A stretch of DNA of 64,000 bases from the human T2T-CHM13v2.0 reference genome, Homo sapiens. The stretch lies in assembly GCF_009914755.1 (NCBI RefSeq), contig NC_060940.1; one strand, 5' to 3'. Numbering within the stretch: position 1 is the first letter of the stretch; every line of letters starts with the position of its first letter. The position numbers and the translations under genes were made by a program. This document shows positions 1-18,142 of this stretch, in pieces. The notes under the pieces were generated by a model. That model was given only the letters and a program-made list of their open reading frames with translations, made no database searches and was not told the DNA's origin.

Positions 1-115
<115 letters not shown>

Positions 116-310
116 TAGTGTGTCAGAGTCAAACCCAAACTGTAATTTATTTAACTACTTGGACATATAGACTTTCCCCAATTTTAAAATAATAGTAATT
201 TTAACATAACACACCAGGAAATATTCTTGAACTTAACTCTTCATCCAGAATGCATAGGATTGATTTCTAGAGATGGACTAGCTGGGTCTGTCCTGAAATC
301 TATTTAATTA

Positions 311-657
<347 letters not shown>

Positions 658-689
658 AGAAACCAGGGTTGATAAGTAAAATCTAGTTT

Positions 690-1010
690 TATTTATTGAA
701 TTAATGAGTTAACGTATTGTTTAGAGACAGGATCCCCTTCCGCTGCCCATGCTGGAGTGCAGGGGCACAATTATGGTTCACTGCAGCACTGACCTCCTGG
801 GCTCAAGTGATCTTTCTGCCTCTTCCTCCTAAGTAGCTAAGACTGTAGGCGCCTGCCACCACACCCAGCTAATTTTTTAAGAACATTTTTTGTACAGATG
901 GGGTCTTGCTATGTTGCTTAGGCTGGTCTTGAACTCCTGGCCTCAAGTGACCCTCCTGCCTTGGCCTCCCACAGTGTTGGGATTATAGGTGTGAGGTACT
1001 GTGCCTGGCC
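690..1010 (-). mobile_element. Alu (AluJ-like)
   Basis: Diverged antisense Alu; TSD aaatctagttt on both sides. Confidence 0.88.
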
Positions 1011-1405
1011 AAATCTAGTTTTAGGGGGTGCCTTTAGTTCCTGAAGATACATGCTAACTTGTGCAACTGTAGGCATGTGAGGGCTTAATGGGAGACTCAA
1101 TTAATAGAATTATAGTATGTTTAGTATTAAAAGACAGTGAGTGGCTGAACCTAGTGTCTTTAGAACTCATGAATGGGCTTCAGCACTGTCTTCTGATTGT
1201 TTAGATGAAAACTTCTGGTGTTCAGCTTCAGCTTGTAGCTTCTGAAGAGAATCAGTGCTCAGTACCATGTAGAAGAACAAGGCTTACTCTTAGAATTTCA
1301 TTTCCGGTGTAAAAAAATTTTAGATTAAATGATAACACTAAACTAAATTTAGCCAGAGTCACAATTCTCATTTCTTGAAATTACATTTTCTTTTTTTCCT
1401 TTTAG

Positions 1406-1451
1406 GGGGATTTCATTCTGAAGATTGAGCCTCCCCTAGGGTGGAGTTTTG
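1406..1451 (+). CDS. NOMO3: NOMO exon 3 (46 bp): GDFILKIEPPLGWSF(E)
   Basis: ttttag|GGGGAT...TTTG|gtaag; translation matches NOMO. Confidence 0.96.
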
Positions 1452-2584
1452 GTAAGTTAACTGAATCACTAGACATTCTTTGTAAAAGATTAGATGATAT
1501 GCCGAATATTAATTTAGGCTAGCAGAGTGCATAAACTATTAAAATATTAAGGATCATTTCCAGTATGGAAGAGGGTTTGTATTCCTCCCCTCCTTGCCCC
1601 CATCACTCTGGTTTAGTTCGGATTTACCTTAATCTACCTCAAGACTTTCTGTCACCTTTGAAAAATAGACATCTTTTCTTCTACCTTTCTGGAAACTCTT
1701 CCCTTGCAGTTTCACTCATTACGTGGCCGTGGAACAGTATAGAAATCAAGAGTGGGGACTTGGTTCCCATCCCAGGATGGCTTCTTTTTTAGCCCCCTCA
1801 GTTTTTTAAGTTTTTATGGAATTAATTGAAACATTTAAAGATTGTGAGATTTGTCATAAAAATCCAGATTTATGTCCCATGAGATGAGAAGACTGTCAGC
1901 CTTATACCTTACCAGTTAAATAACTTTGGGCAAGTTACTTCCCCCGTGTCAGCCTGGCTCCTCACTGTCGAGCAAGGGTAGTTATAGTCCCTGCCCCACT
2001 GGGTACTTGGAGGATTAATAAACCAATACTGAGTGTTCAGAGGGGCTGGCACGTAATTAGCAAGTACTCAGTATTCAGAAACAGCCCTTCTGCACACATC
2101 CCAACAAAAGCTCCAAACTTTCCTCATATAACTGCCTTCAAGCATAGCTGGGGAGTTGGGGATGGGGTTGAGATCAGAAGAGAGGGTCTGTTTTGATGTA
2201 GTTTACATTTTTGAAGAGGAGAGACTCTTGATGTTTCAGTAGAGCAGGTGTGGGTGACCCCAGTCCATGGCTTGGGGAGAGGAGTAGGGATCACCGTTGT
2301 TGATATCAGGCTTGCTCGTGCATTAGACAAGGAAGAATTTAGCACCTGCCATCACCAAGGCTAAAATGAGGCTCAGGCAGCTGACAGCTAATTTGGCTCT
2401 GTGAGAGCAGCTCTTTTATCAGTTTATAGTCAGGGGTAGGGTCGGGGGTGCCTGGCTGGTACGTTCCAGAAAGCTGGAGAGGAATGCAGCCCTGCTCATG
2501 GCCAAAGCAGAAGTCCAGATTGGTGGCCTGGAGGAGTGTTGTGTTTGCCACCCCCCACCCTACCCCCAACTGGTGCTGTTGATA

Positions 2585-3756
<1,172 letters not shown>

Positions 3757-3784
<28 letters not shown>
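3757..3784. repeat. (TG)n microsatellite
   Basis: Seen directly. Confidence 0.95.
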
Positions 3785-3785
<1 letters not shown>

Positions 3786-4715
3786 ATGTACGCGTGCAAG
3801 CACGTGTGTAATTCATCTTAACTGAAAATCTCATCTCATGGTTTTCCATTTTTTTCTCTACTCATTACTCCATATTCTTCCTAACCTTTCAAAAACTCAA
3901 CCTTAACCCCTATTATGATGAACTCTTCAGTTAAAAAATGGAGTTAATTGCTGATATTGAAAAATCAAGAGATGGTATATAAAATCCAGATTTCCAGTTT
4001 TTCGGAGAAGTTGGAAGCTCTGGCAAAGCATGGTAGTGGTTGGCAGACTTGAGTGGCAGTTGTCTCCTTTCAATTTGCCACAGTCCCCCTGAGGATGCTC
4101 CGCTCACTTCGAACCCATGAGGCCCCTGTGGCCCTGGAGTTTGTGTTCCTGGTTTAACATGGCTGAGCTCATGTCCTTGGTCAGAGAACAGATCCAGAGC
4201 CAGACTTTTAGGGTTGAATTGGGGCTCTGTTACTCAGAAGCTCTGTGATCTTGGGAGCTCCTTTAACCTTTCTGTGCCTTAATTTACCCCTCAGTAAATT
4301 GCAGCTATTACTGCCTGTCTCTTAAGATAATTGTGAGGATTAAAGGCACTCAGCTCAGTGCCTGGTCGGTGATGAGCATTCAGGAAATAAAATTATTTGG
4401 TGCTCACTGAATTTTCACTGGAACTCTGAGATATAACTTAGCTGAAAGGCGTTGTAAAATTATTTTATACTCTAAACACGAATTCCCTCTGGGGCAGGAA
4501 ACCAGGAGGCTAGGGGGATAGGGGTGAGAGGGAGACTTTTCCCAGAATACTTTTTCGTACCTTTGGATTTGGAAACACAACGAGTGTATTAAGTGTTCAA
4601 AAGTAAAATGAAACCTGAATAATAAAAATACGTTCTACTTAGGTTCACTGTACCCCAAAACTAAGCTTGCCTTTGTGTCTTGTGCCCCGGTTTCCTCCCC
4701 TGCTTCGTTCCTCAG

Positions 4716-4816
4716 AGCCGACGACCGTGGAGCTCCATGTGGATGGAGTCAGTGACATCTGCACAAAGGGTGGGGACATCAACTTTGTCTTCACTGGGTT
4801 CTCTGTGAATGGCAAG
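4716..4816 (+). CDS. NOMO3: NOMO exon 4 (101 bp): EPTTVELHVDGVSDICTKGGDINFVFTGFSVNGK
   Basis: ctcag|AGCCG...GGCAAG|gtttgt; ORF track 4667..4915. Confidence 0.96.
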
Positions 4817-5046
4817 GTTTGTCTTTGGAACTTGATTATTTTTCCTGTTCACTCTATAATGTATACTAAATCCTTTTTTAAAAAAATGCAGGATATTTTA
4901 ACCTGGGGACTTTGATCCCACAAGGGACCCATGGATAAGTGGCAAGTGAGCCTGTGAACTCTGTACTTCATCCGTGTAGAACACAGCAGGTGTATTTAGG
5001 AATGAGATTGAGGTTGCTGGTCATCCCCTCTGCTCCCAGAGCATAG

Positions 5047-5378
<332 letters not shown>

Positions 5379-5851
5379 GCTGTTAGCGTTTATGTCAGGG
5401 ATGGCCTTTTACAGGGATGCCGAATTGGAAGGACACACTCTCTAAGCCTTGTGGCATCTTGCTGTCCCTGTGGGTGAATTGAAGTCAGCTTCTCCCAGAG
5501 AGAGCGTGCATCTGCTTCTGACACTTACGTAGGAGGATTCCTATTATTTAAGTTCTGAGATTTTTTTGGACCGCCACGGTGGTGTGAATTTAGAGTCCTA
5601 ACGGGTGTGTGCCCAGCTCCCGTGATTCAGATTCTCAGGGGAGAGTCATTTCTCCTCCACCCGCCCTGTGCCTGCGGTTGAGATGTGCTTCCTTCCTTCC
5701 TGTCCTTCTCTTCATGATGGACTTCTTTCTCCTCTACCTTTGCGGTGACGGGGAGGCCCTTCCATCCCAGCTGTATGTGTGGGCTTCTTGTTAGAGATGG
5801 GGATCTTGGGTAGTTTTTTCTTTATCGATGGTTTGCAAAATAATGGTGAAC

Positions 5852-6379
<528 letters not shown>

Positions 6380-6622
6380 TAATGGTGAATCTATAACTGA
6401 TGATGTCTTAGATTCATTGAAATAGAGTCTTATTTTACTGTTACTGTTCCCTCTCCTACCTCATCCCCAGGAAACATATCCATGATTTATAGCATCTTTT
6501 CAATGGGATTCTTGACCCAAAGAGGGTTCCTGGGCTCCACCTGGGAGTTGTAAGCAGGACTGCCAGTGCTTTGAGAGGAGGGTGCTTTGCTGGGTGGGCC
6601 CTAACTTTCTTCTCCATGGCAG

Positions 6623-6729
6623 GTCCTCAGCAAAGGGCAGCCCCTGGGTCCTGCGGGAGTTCAGGTGTCTCTGAGAAACACTGGGACCGAAGCAAAGATC
6701 CAGTCCACAGTTACACAGCCTGGCGGAAA
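6623..6729 (+). CDS. NOMO3: NOMO exon 5 (107 bp): VLSKGQPLGPAGVQVSLRNTGTEAKIQSTVTQPGG(K)
   Basis: ggcag|GTCCTC...GGAAA|gtgagt. Confidence 0.96.
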
Positions 6730-6957
6730 GTGAGTAGCGTCCTGTCTCTTAGTGTTGCCTTAGAGCCGGGCTCTGACAGGGGTCATGGAGCTGGGTTTGG
6801 GAGTTTGGATTCAGGGAGTTCTGGGTTCAGATCCTGATTCAGCCTCTTAAGTTTGGGTGAGTTCATGCCCGTCAGAGTGCTGAGTTCCCCACATGTGAAA
6901 TGGAATCCATTTGACCCATCTTGCCTAGCATTGATGAGATGATTAAATATGAGTTCA

Positions 6958-7294
<337 letters not shown>

Positions 7295-7359
7295 GAGTTA
7301 ATACCCATAAAGCACCTGCTTCAAGGCCTGGGGCTTAGTGGGTCTTCATTTAGCAGCTC

Positions 7360-7560
7360 AGCCTGGCTCTGGAGCCTGCCAGCCCGGGCTTGAATCCCAG
7401 CTCCCCCATTTGCTGGCTGGTTGACCTAGGGCAAGTTCCTTAACCCCTCTGTGCCTCAGTTTCCTCTTTTGTAAATGAAGATAATTGTGGAACCTATCTC
7501 CTAAGGTACTGGAAAGATGAAATTAATATTATTACTTCAAGCTGCCTGGCATATTAGCTC
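7360..7560 (+). mobile_element. MIR
   Basis: Core gacctagggcaagttccttaacccctctgtgcctcagtttcc. Confidence 0.75.
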
Positions 7561-8949
7561 AAATAGGTTAGCTCAGTTATGATTAGAAAAAATCATTATC
7601 ATTATTATATCAAAACTGCTTTGTAGTTGGAACAGATGCCTAGCTGACCTTGCTGAGTCAGATTTAAAGCATTTATTTAATGGATGTATATAGTTGAGTT
7701 GTAAATGTTAACAGATATGCCAAGATTAATACCAGAATAGTTCAAACTGATAATTCCGAAAGCGTTCAAATCATTACTAACTCCGTTAATATACAAACTG
7801 AGTAAATTGCAAAATAGAAGTTTATAATGAGTCTGTCAGTAAGTTATTCAATTTTAAAGTTATTATTGTTGAAACTAGTTTTCATTTTTGAAATAACATT
7901 TACTTCTGCTTGACTGGTGCCTCTCCAGGCCTGGTGTGTAGCAGGAATATGGAGCTGTAATTTTTTTTCTGGGCTAGTAATTTGGTGTTGACCTTACTAG
8001 AAAAAAATAGTGTCTTGAGCCTTCTGAATACCTTTCATCTGCACTAACTGAAACAATGAAACATGTAGCACTGGGCTATTATGAAAATGAAATAGAACCT
8101 CAATCTTACCAATACTTGTAGTAATGTGATTTCCAAGACCTATCCAGTTATTGCAGGCAAGATTTGACACAATAAAATACCACAGAAGAAGAAATCAAAT
8201 GCGTTTTCTAGTTCATTTCACCGGACTTAGCCTTCTCATTTGTCAGTTGCCTTACAAATTTGAAGGGATAAACATGTTAGTATACTGGCAGCAGCATTTC
8301 CAGCTTTAGCTCGGCTCACTCTGGTGTTAGTCTGTCTATGGCTAGTAGAGTAATTTTCATCAGCTGCTGGTTTCTTATCTCAGTTGCTTTGTGCAAAAAC
8401 CCAGAATGACTTATCTGTGTTTCTCTAAAGCCTTTTTTCTGGGATTCAAAGCTTATCATAGTTTACCCTGCCCTGTGTCATTTGCATCATCTTGGGTCAG
8501 CGTCCCCCTCAGCCTGTGCATCTGTTCTGTTCTTTTTCACCCCACTTCTCCCTTCCCATGTGTTTCCTTGGACACTTCTGTCCCCTTCTCCTTGTCAGTT
8601 CATGCCTGTCACCTCTGTCAAACCCAGTCGAATGTTCTGTGACTGGTCCCTGCTGTGCTACAAGGATTGGTTTTATGCCAGAAATCCTTGAGATTAAGGG
8701 AGACGTAAGCACTCCTCTTTCCGATCAGCACATGGAGCACCCCTCTTGGCACACAGTAAGTGCTCAATAAGCGCTCTTTTATGCAGATTTGTACAGTGAA
8801 GGATTGAATTTCATTCATGCTCATTTAACAAGCTAATGGAAGTTTGCGATAATTCCAACATTGTTTTCTTGTGCTGCCAACATTAGTCATAGAATTAGAA
8901 ATACTTGGGTTGTTTGGAGAAAGTTAAATGGTTATTTTTTATGTCTTAG

Positions 8950-9022
8950 GTTTGCATTTTTTAAAGTTCTGCCTGGAGATTATGAAATCCTCGCAACTCA
9001 TCCAACCTGGGCGTTGAAAGAG
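8950..9022 (+). CDS. NOMO3: NOMO exon 6 (73 bp): FAFFKVLPGDYEILATHPTWALKE
   Basis: cttag|GTTTGCA...AAAGAG|gtgagt; ORF 8861..9082. Confidence 0.96.
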
Positions 9023-9636
9023 GTGAGTGACAGCTACGTCTATAGCCATGCCAATAATATGCTGGTCTTGGGACAAATGTAGGGCTTTTCAATTTAGGAT
9101 ATGAAAAGAATTTATGGTTCCTCCAGGACTAGATGAAGAACCAATGGTGCTGTTGTTTAGTTTGGTAGTTATTTATAAGGTGTAACTCCTCACTGTAGCA
9201 GATGTTGCTTGTGTTAGTTTCAGTTTTAGGTGACAGTGTTGTCTTCCTGCTGTGAAATAGATCTGTTTTATTAACTATAGCTATTTTAAACTAAATCAAC
9301 AACAGAAGGCCCTGACGAGATTTATTTGTTGTTCTTTTTTCAGCCTGAAACAGAAATCTGTAAATATACTAAACATTCTAGAAACTGTGGTACGCGTGAC
9401 CAAGGAGAATGTATGAGAATGTTTATTGCAGCTTTGTTTGTAATAGCAAAATATTGTAAACAACCTAAATGCCTTTTAAGAGAAGAATGGATTGGGGTTC
9501 CATCATACAATAGGCTGCTGTATGTCAGCAGTAATGAATGAACCAGAGCTACATATATCAATGTAACTACATTTAAAAACAGAGTTGAAGGAAATATGAT
9601 TTTAAATACTTGTGATAATCATTTATGGATACAGTC

Positions 9637-10392
<756 letters not shown>

Positions 10393-10853
10393 TAGAGAAA
10401 GAGGGAGGAGGGGGACTTCGGGGTACGCCAGCATCTTGAATTGTATTTTTTTAAATTTCTTTAGCTGGTTAGAAGGTATGTAAGTGTTCTTTAGCATATC
10501 TTTTTTTGTTTGACTGAAATAGTTTATAGTCAAAGATCAAAAAAGGAACTCCACCTAGTAGGTGAGGTTCTGTAATAGCCGTGAAAGACCAAATTGAAAT
10601 AAGACTTAAGGGACATCTTGACATGTTAGCTTCTGTGTTAGTATTGAAGCTGTATCTCATTTTTGCTAAAGAAGCATTGGAATCAGTATTTCAGCTTCTA
10701 CTCTATCTGTTTTATTATTATTTTTACTCTGTAGGTTTTACGCACTTATAATTGATGATAGTTTCACACCTAGATGTCTCTTCTTACTGTTTGTGACTTT
10801 TGGTTTTGGGGGTTTTTCTCTTCTGCAGCAACATTTAAAAATATTTTATTCGA

Positions 10854-11175
<322 letters not shown>

Positions 11176-11489
11176 TTACACATTTATAAATAGAAGAGAT
11201 TTTAAGGTTTACATTGTATGTTAATTGTCTGCATAGAAGAATCTGAGTTTATTAATATGAGATTGGGATTTTCAAGTAAAGCATGTTGTTAGAAGTCAGG
11301 ATAATGTTTATCTTCCTGGGGTGTTAGTGACCGGAAGCAAGTGTGAGGGCACTTCTGGCTTGCTGGTGCTATTCTGTTGGGTAATCAGTGCCCAATTTGT
11401 GACAAGCCCTGTGCTGCGTGCTTAGAATCTGTACACTTTTCTCTGTGTTTATTGTACCTTAACAAAAATGTTTAAAAATATACACATAT

Positions 11490-11854
11490 TGTGAAAAGAA
11501 CAACTTAAGGCAAATTAAACAGAGTTTAATTGAGCATAGAACAATTTGTCAATTGGGCAGCTCCCTGAGCCAGAATAGGTTTACAGCGACTGTGGCACTG
11601 TTGCGTGATTGGAAAGGGTTTATGGACAGAAAAAGAAAGTGACGGACAGAAAGTGGAAGTGAGGTACAGAAACAGTTGGATTGGTTACAGCTGGACGTTT
11701 GTCTTATTTGCACATGGTTTGAACAGTTGGCTGCCTGTGAGTAGTTGAAGGGTGGCTGCTTGAATTGGGTGAGACTTGGCAACACGTAAGAGAAACCTTT
11801 AGGCCAAACTTAAAATATGTAAGGAGGCAGCTTTAGGCTAATCTTCAGTTAACA
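11490..11854 (-). mobile_element. ERV1 solo LTR, MER57-like (MER4 group)
   Basis: Reverse complement starts tgttaactgaagattagcctaaagctgcctccttacatattttaagtttggcctaaaggtttctc; several CCAAT boxes. Confidence 0.75.
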
Positions 11855-12045
11855 CTATATATCATTAAAAATAGAAAAAAAGGCAAAATATGCTCATTAA
11901 AAAAATTGGAACATATAGAGGAATATAAAGCAGTGGAAACAAATTTTGGAAGCTGGAAAAGTATACAAGTAAAATAGCACCATATAGACAAAATCATTAT
12001 TGTTTACATTTTGCCACATTTCCTTTCACTTCATTTTGGGCATTA

Positions 12046-12354
<309 letters not shown>

Positions 12355-12482
12355 TCATACTGAATAAGCAATTTTATAGATTACGTTTCCCAGTTAATAT
12401 TTTAGCTTCAGCGTGTCCTCATGTTGTTAGGCACTTTGCAAGTGTTTATTTTTTTACAGGTTAAAATCTTTTTCTGTTACAG

Positions 12483-12635
12483 GCAAGCACCACAGTGCGT
12501 GTAACCAACTCCAATGCCAATGCGGCCAGTCCCCTCATAGTTGCTGGCTACAATGTGTCTGGCTCTGTCCGAAGTGATGGGGAGCCCATGAAAGGCGTGA
12601 AGTTTCTTCTCTTTTCTTCTTTAGTAACTAAAGAG
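12483..12635 (+). CDS. NOMO3: NOMO exon 7 (153 bp): ASTTVRVTNSNANAASPLIVAGYNVSGSVRSDGEPMKGVKFLLFSSLVTKE
   Basis: ttacag|GCAAGC...AAAGAG|gtaagc; ORF 12495..12734. Confidence 0.96.
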
Positions 12636-12734
12636 GTAAGCAAAGAAAAGAACAAAAGAGATGGTGTGAAGGGTAGGAGGGTGGGGGATTATAGACCAGA
12701 ACGTACTGTTTTAAAAAATGCAGGTCTGAGTTGA

Positions 12735-13162
<428 letters not shown>

Positions 13163-13517
13163 TCAGACCTGGGTTTAAACAAATCTCAGATTTAAACAAA
13201 TTCCTCTTCCTAGCTATGCGACCCTGGGCCGGTCACATTACCTTCCTGAGCTTCCGTTTCCTTATTTGGAGAATGGTGACCCATGATAAGGAAGGACAGT
13301 CATGTCATCTTTCCCGGGAAGACTGTGCCAGTTTTTAACTTTGCAACTTGAATGTCAAGATTTTTGTTCCTTTTATCTGTATTAATGTTTCTTAGATTTC
13401 AGAAATACATATATTGACATGAAACTTAAAAAAATTTTCCTATAATGTGGCTAATTGATGGTATTCAGAACATGTAAATGGAAAAGGAAGTCTTGTCTTT
13501 TTTACCCCCTGGCATAG

Positions 13518-13655
13518 GATGTCCTGGGCTGCAATGTCTCACCAGTGCCTGGGTTCCAGCCCCAAGACGAGAGTCTGGTGTATTTGTGCTACACGGTCTC
13601 CAGAGAAGATGGCTCGTTCTCTTTCTATTCCTTGCCAAGTGGGGGCTACACTGTG
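13518..13655 (+). CDS. NOMO3: NOMO exon 8 (138 bp): DVLGCNVSPVPGFQPQDESLVYLCYTVSREDGSFSFYSLPSGGYTV
   Basis: catag|GATGTC...ACTGTG|gtgagt; ORF 13545..13784. Confidence 0.96.
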
Positions 13656-13987
13656 GTGAGTGAAGCAGATTTCCGTTCTGTTTATGTCTGGGACTCTCAT
13701 GACACAGTAAAAGCCAATGCTGTTTGGGTGTTAAAGGAAAAGATGGTTGGCCTGCAGTTCTCTGAACATGCTGTTAAGCAGTAACTTACTTAAGATGAGA
13801 CACTCACCCCTTCGTAATAGCTACAAAAAGGGCAAGGCTTCCTCTTTTCAAATCTGCAACAGTTATGATGAATGTTTCTCTTGGTCTGTCTGAACCCCTT
13901 GTCATTTGTGGGCTGCTAGATCGATTATTAATATTGCTGATTGATCATGTTAGTGGTTCTTAGTGATTAAGAGACTCTTCCTTCCAG

Positions 13988-14077
13988 ATTCCGTTCTATC
14001 GAGGGGAGAGGATTACCTTTGATGTGGCGCCTTCCAGACTTGACTTCACAGTGGAGCATGACAGCTTGAAAATCGAG
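13988..14077 (+). CDS. NOMO3: NOMO exon 9 (90 bp): IPFYRGERITFDVAPSRLDFTVEHDSLKIE
   Basis: ttccag|ATTCCG...ATCGAG|gtaagg. Confidence 0.96.
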
Positions 14078-14259
14078 GTAAGGCTTTTCTGTCTTCTGGA
14101 GGGACAGGTGTTTGAGTTCCCATCCCTAGGCACAGGTATTGCAAACATGTTTTAAAAAAAAATCAATTATTTTATCTGGAAGGGCTGTTGGAAAAAATGC
14201 CATCTGGTATTATATTCTTACCCATGATGTCCTTATCGTAGAGAGCTGGATTCCTAGTT

Positions 14260-15330
14260 AAATCTACTCATTCAATGAAATATATTTATTGATTGCCAGT
14301 GACATGCATTTCAGGCACCATTCCAGGACTGGGGATATAGCAGTGACCAAAAGAGGCAAAAATTCTTGTCCCTGTGGACCTCATTTTTTTTTTTTTTTTT
14401 TTTTTTAAGACAGGGTCTCACTGTGTGGCTCAAGCTGGAGTGCAGTGGTACGATCTCATCTCACTGCAGCCATTGCCTCCAGGGTTCAAGTGATCCTCCC
14501 ACCTCAGCCTGTTGAGTAGCTGGGACCACAGGCACGTGCCACCATGCCCAGCTAATTTTTGTATTTTTGTTAGAGATGGGGTTTCACCATGTTGCCCAGG
14601 CTGTTCTCTAACTCCTGGGTTCAAGTGATCTGCCTGCCTCGGCTTCCCAAAGTGTTGGGATTACAGGTGTGAGCCATCGCACCTGGCTAGACCTCATGTT
14701 CTAATGACAGGAAGGGTCAATACATGTATAGATGTATAAGTTAGAAAGTACAGTAGAAGGTGATAAGTGTTCTCTAGAAAAATAAAGGAAGAAAGGAGGT
14801 AGTACAGTATCAGGGTGGAGACAGGGGTTGCAGTTGTACATAGGGTGTTTTTGGGAAGTCCTCCCTGTGAAGGTGACATTTGAGCAACAACCTGAAGGGA
14901 AAGAACAAGAGAACCATACTTCACTCCTGCAGGAAGAGTGTGTAAGACTGAGGGAACGGCACGTGCAAAGGTCCTGAGGCAGGAGTGTGCTGAAGGGTTT
15001 GGGGCATCCCAAGGAGGCCAGGGTGGCTGGAGTGGAGGGAATGAGCAAGGAAGGAGGAGGCGGAAAGAGGGTCAGGGAGGTGACAGGGCAGATTGTGCAG
15101 GGCTTGGTGGGCTACTTTGCCTATAACTCTGGGTGAGAATTGGTGCCACTGGAAGGTTCCTAGCAGAGGAGTGGCGTGATCCTTCTGGCAGCTGCATTGA
15201 GGAGAGTTTGCAGGGTGTCAGGGTGGAAGTGGGAGACCAGTTGGGATGCCATGGCCGTAAACCAGGTGAGAACTGGCAGAGCTTGGACCGTGATGGTAGG
15301 AATGGGCAGTGTGATACATGGCTTGATAAA
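14260..15330 (+). mobile_element. L2 remnant interrupted by an Alu
   Basis: L2-type motifs: cattcaatgaaatatatttattga, aaggtgacatttgagcaa, gcaaaggtcctgaggcagga; strand not firmly assigned. Confidence 0.65.
14384..14688 (-). mobile_element. Alu (AluJ-like)
   Basis: Antisense consensus, TSD gacctcat. Confidence 0.9.
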
Positions 15331-16482
15331 CTGCCTAGACCCTCACATAAATGGTAAATGTATTTTTCATCTCACTTACGTCTCCTTTAATTACAGAAGT
15401 AGAAAATGGTTACTGTAGAAAATTGGCTAGCTAGAACAAATCCCAAAAGAAAATAACAGCCTCTCCTAAGTGGACCACCCAATGTTAGAGTTATCGAAGC
15501 AATTATATTTTAATCATTTTCTTTTAATAATTACATTTGAAAGTACTGTGTTAAAATCGCTTAAACTGGCAGAAGCGGACTTTTAGGTCATATGCACAGT
15601 GGGGTGCAGACTCTGCATTTTAAGATTCAGTGGAGTGTTTGACCGTTCTGCTGTACACTGGAGGGGAAAGAGAAGGGTAAGAAGATGAAGCCTTTACTTT
15701 GCTTCTCGTAGCTTGCAGAGAAGGATGGGGGCAGGTGAGCAGAGACAGCTATTCCCAGATTACAGCCAAATACATATTTTGAAAATGATGAATGGAATTT
15801 CAGGGAATGGGGCCCTGTAAGTTCCCTGAGGTCAGGTACTGTGTCTTATTCTTTACTGTTTTCCTAACATGTGATTTAGTGCCTGGCACATAGTAGGTGC
15901 CCAGCAAAAATATTTGTTGCGTACATATGTGAATTAATAAGTAGGTAATGCATGGAATGAAACATGTCTTTTTGGAAAGATCAATAAGGACTACCTGTCA
16001 TGTGAGACCATCACTAAGAAACCATTTGCTGAAAAAAAAAATAAAAAAATAAAAAAGAAGGGCTCCCTGCATAAAAAGGAAGTCATTTAATTATTTAAAG
16101 CTTCATCTCAAATGCTGTTGCACACGTGCGTGCACACATTCATTCATTCAGGAGTCAGTTATTGAGTGCCTGCTGTGTACCAGGTGACTAAGACAGAAAA
16201 AGTCCCTGTCTCCATGAGGTAACATGCTAGTGGGAGGGAGACAACTAAGAAATCGAACGAGGACATTTCAGATACTGGTAAGTTTGATGAAGATATTAAA
16301 ATAGGTTAGCAGTGGTGACCTTGGGGATACACAGATCAGGGCTGGAACTCAGTAACTGCAGAGAAAGCACAGCTGTGCTGCTCACAGGCGAGTGGGGCAC
16401 AGACACAGACACAGACACATGGAGCACGGGACCACGTGTGAGCCAGTGATGGTGGTGGAGGAGGGTGGTCTAGGTGGATTTC

Positions 16483-16767
16483 TTTTTTTTTCTTTGAGAC
16501 GGAGTCTTGCTGCTTCACACAGGCTGGCACTATCTTGGCTCACTGCAACCTCTGCATCCCGAGTTGAAGTGATTCTCCTGCCTCAGCCTCCCGAGTAGCT
16601 GGGATTACAGGCGCCCGCCACCACACCTGGCTAATTTTTGTATTTTTAGTGGAGACAGGGCTTCACCATGTTGGCCAGGCTGGTCTTGGACTGCTGACCT
16701 CAAGTGATCTGCCTGCCTCGGCCTCCCAAAGTGCTGGGATTACAGGCGTGAACCACTGCGCCTGGCC
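16483..16767 (-). mobile_element. Alu (AluS-like)
   Basis: Antisense consensus, TSD taggtggatttc. Confidence 0.9.
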
Positions 16768-17274
16768 TAGGTGGATTTCATAAGGACCTGTGTTCAGGTC
16801 GTGGTGGAAAGACAGGAGGGGACACGTGAGACCTTGCAGAGGTGGAATCCACAGGACTGATCGATGCTGGAGGAGCGGGGCGGGTCATCCAAAGTGATGC
16901 CGGGGTGTGCATGGGAGACTGGAGGAAGACGTGGTTCACCAAAATGGGGGCATCTGGAGGGGAGGAGATGGCACAGGGGTAAGGGTGGGGGGCTTCTAGA
17001 AGCTTGAGTCAGTGACCTTTTAACGAGGGAAGTAAGTCTCTAGACTTTTCTTTTCTGTTGTTTGACACTCAGCAGTGTGTTGGGAACACAACAGAGAAGA
17101 CAGATGTGGGTAAAGTGAGAGGGAGCCCGGCTGGCACACAGGACCGGGGCACTGAGTGTTGGGAGGTGGGCGGCAGGAGCAGACATGGTAGGTGGTGGCC
17201 GGCGCAGCAGAAGGAGGCTTTGTGGCTCTGGCACAGGAGCACCTTCGAGCACCTTCTTGTTCTTTGTTTTCTAG

Positions 17275-17380
17275 CCCGTGTTCCACGTCATGGGATTCTC
17301 CGTCACCGGGAGGGTCTTGAACGGACCCGAAGGAGATGGTGTTCCAGAAGCAGTAGTCACCCTGAATAACCAAATCAAAG
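17275..17380 (+). CDS. NOMO3: NOMO exon 10 (106 bp): PVFHVMGFSVTGRVLNGPEGDGVPEAVVTLNNQIK(V)
   Basis: ttctag|CCCGTG...AAAG|gtgggc; ORF 17278..17466. Confidence 0.96.
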
Positions 17381-17562
17381 GTGGGCTGACACAGCAGCCC
17401 CAGGCTGATGGCCAGCGCTCTTTTTGGATCACAGAGAGAAATGGAGAGGAACTGATGACTATATGAGAACATGGCAGCTTTTGGTCCAAGTATTCTGGTG
17501 TACATGTAAGGATACACTGTTGTTTTTGGCTTATCTTCTGTTTGTGTGTTTTTGTTTTACAG

Positions 17563-17713
17563 TTAAAACAAAAGCTGATGGCTCATTCCGCCTTGAGAAC
17601 ATAACCACAGGGACATACACCATCCATGCTCAGAAAGAGCACCTCTACTTTGAAACGGTCACCATCAAAATTGCACCAAACACACCTCAGCTGGCTGACA
17701 TTGTTGCAACAGG
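17563..17713 (+). CDS. NOMO3: NOMO exon 11 (151 bp): VKTKADGSFRLENITTGTYTIHAQKEHLYFETVTIKIAPNTPQLADIVATG
   Basis: ttacag|TTAAAA...ACAGG|gtaagc; ORF 17424..17717. Confidence 0.96.
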
Positions 17714-17831
17714 GTAAGCTTATCGTGTGGATTTGGAAGCACCAGTAAATATGCTGGCAGCCAGTGTAGAACCAAATGACCTGTGATCTGTGTGTCTTTG
17801 CCGAGCTTAAGAACTTAAGAAAGATTAGTAC

Positions 17832-18142
<311 letters not shown>

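Noticed and set aside
17020-17517. 165-aa minus-strand ORF over exon 10
   Set aside because: Antisense shadow of coding and GC-rich intron sequence; no independent gene signals.
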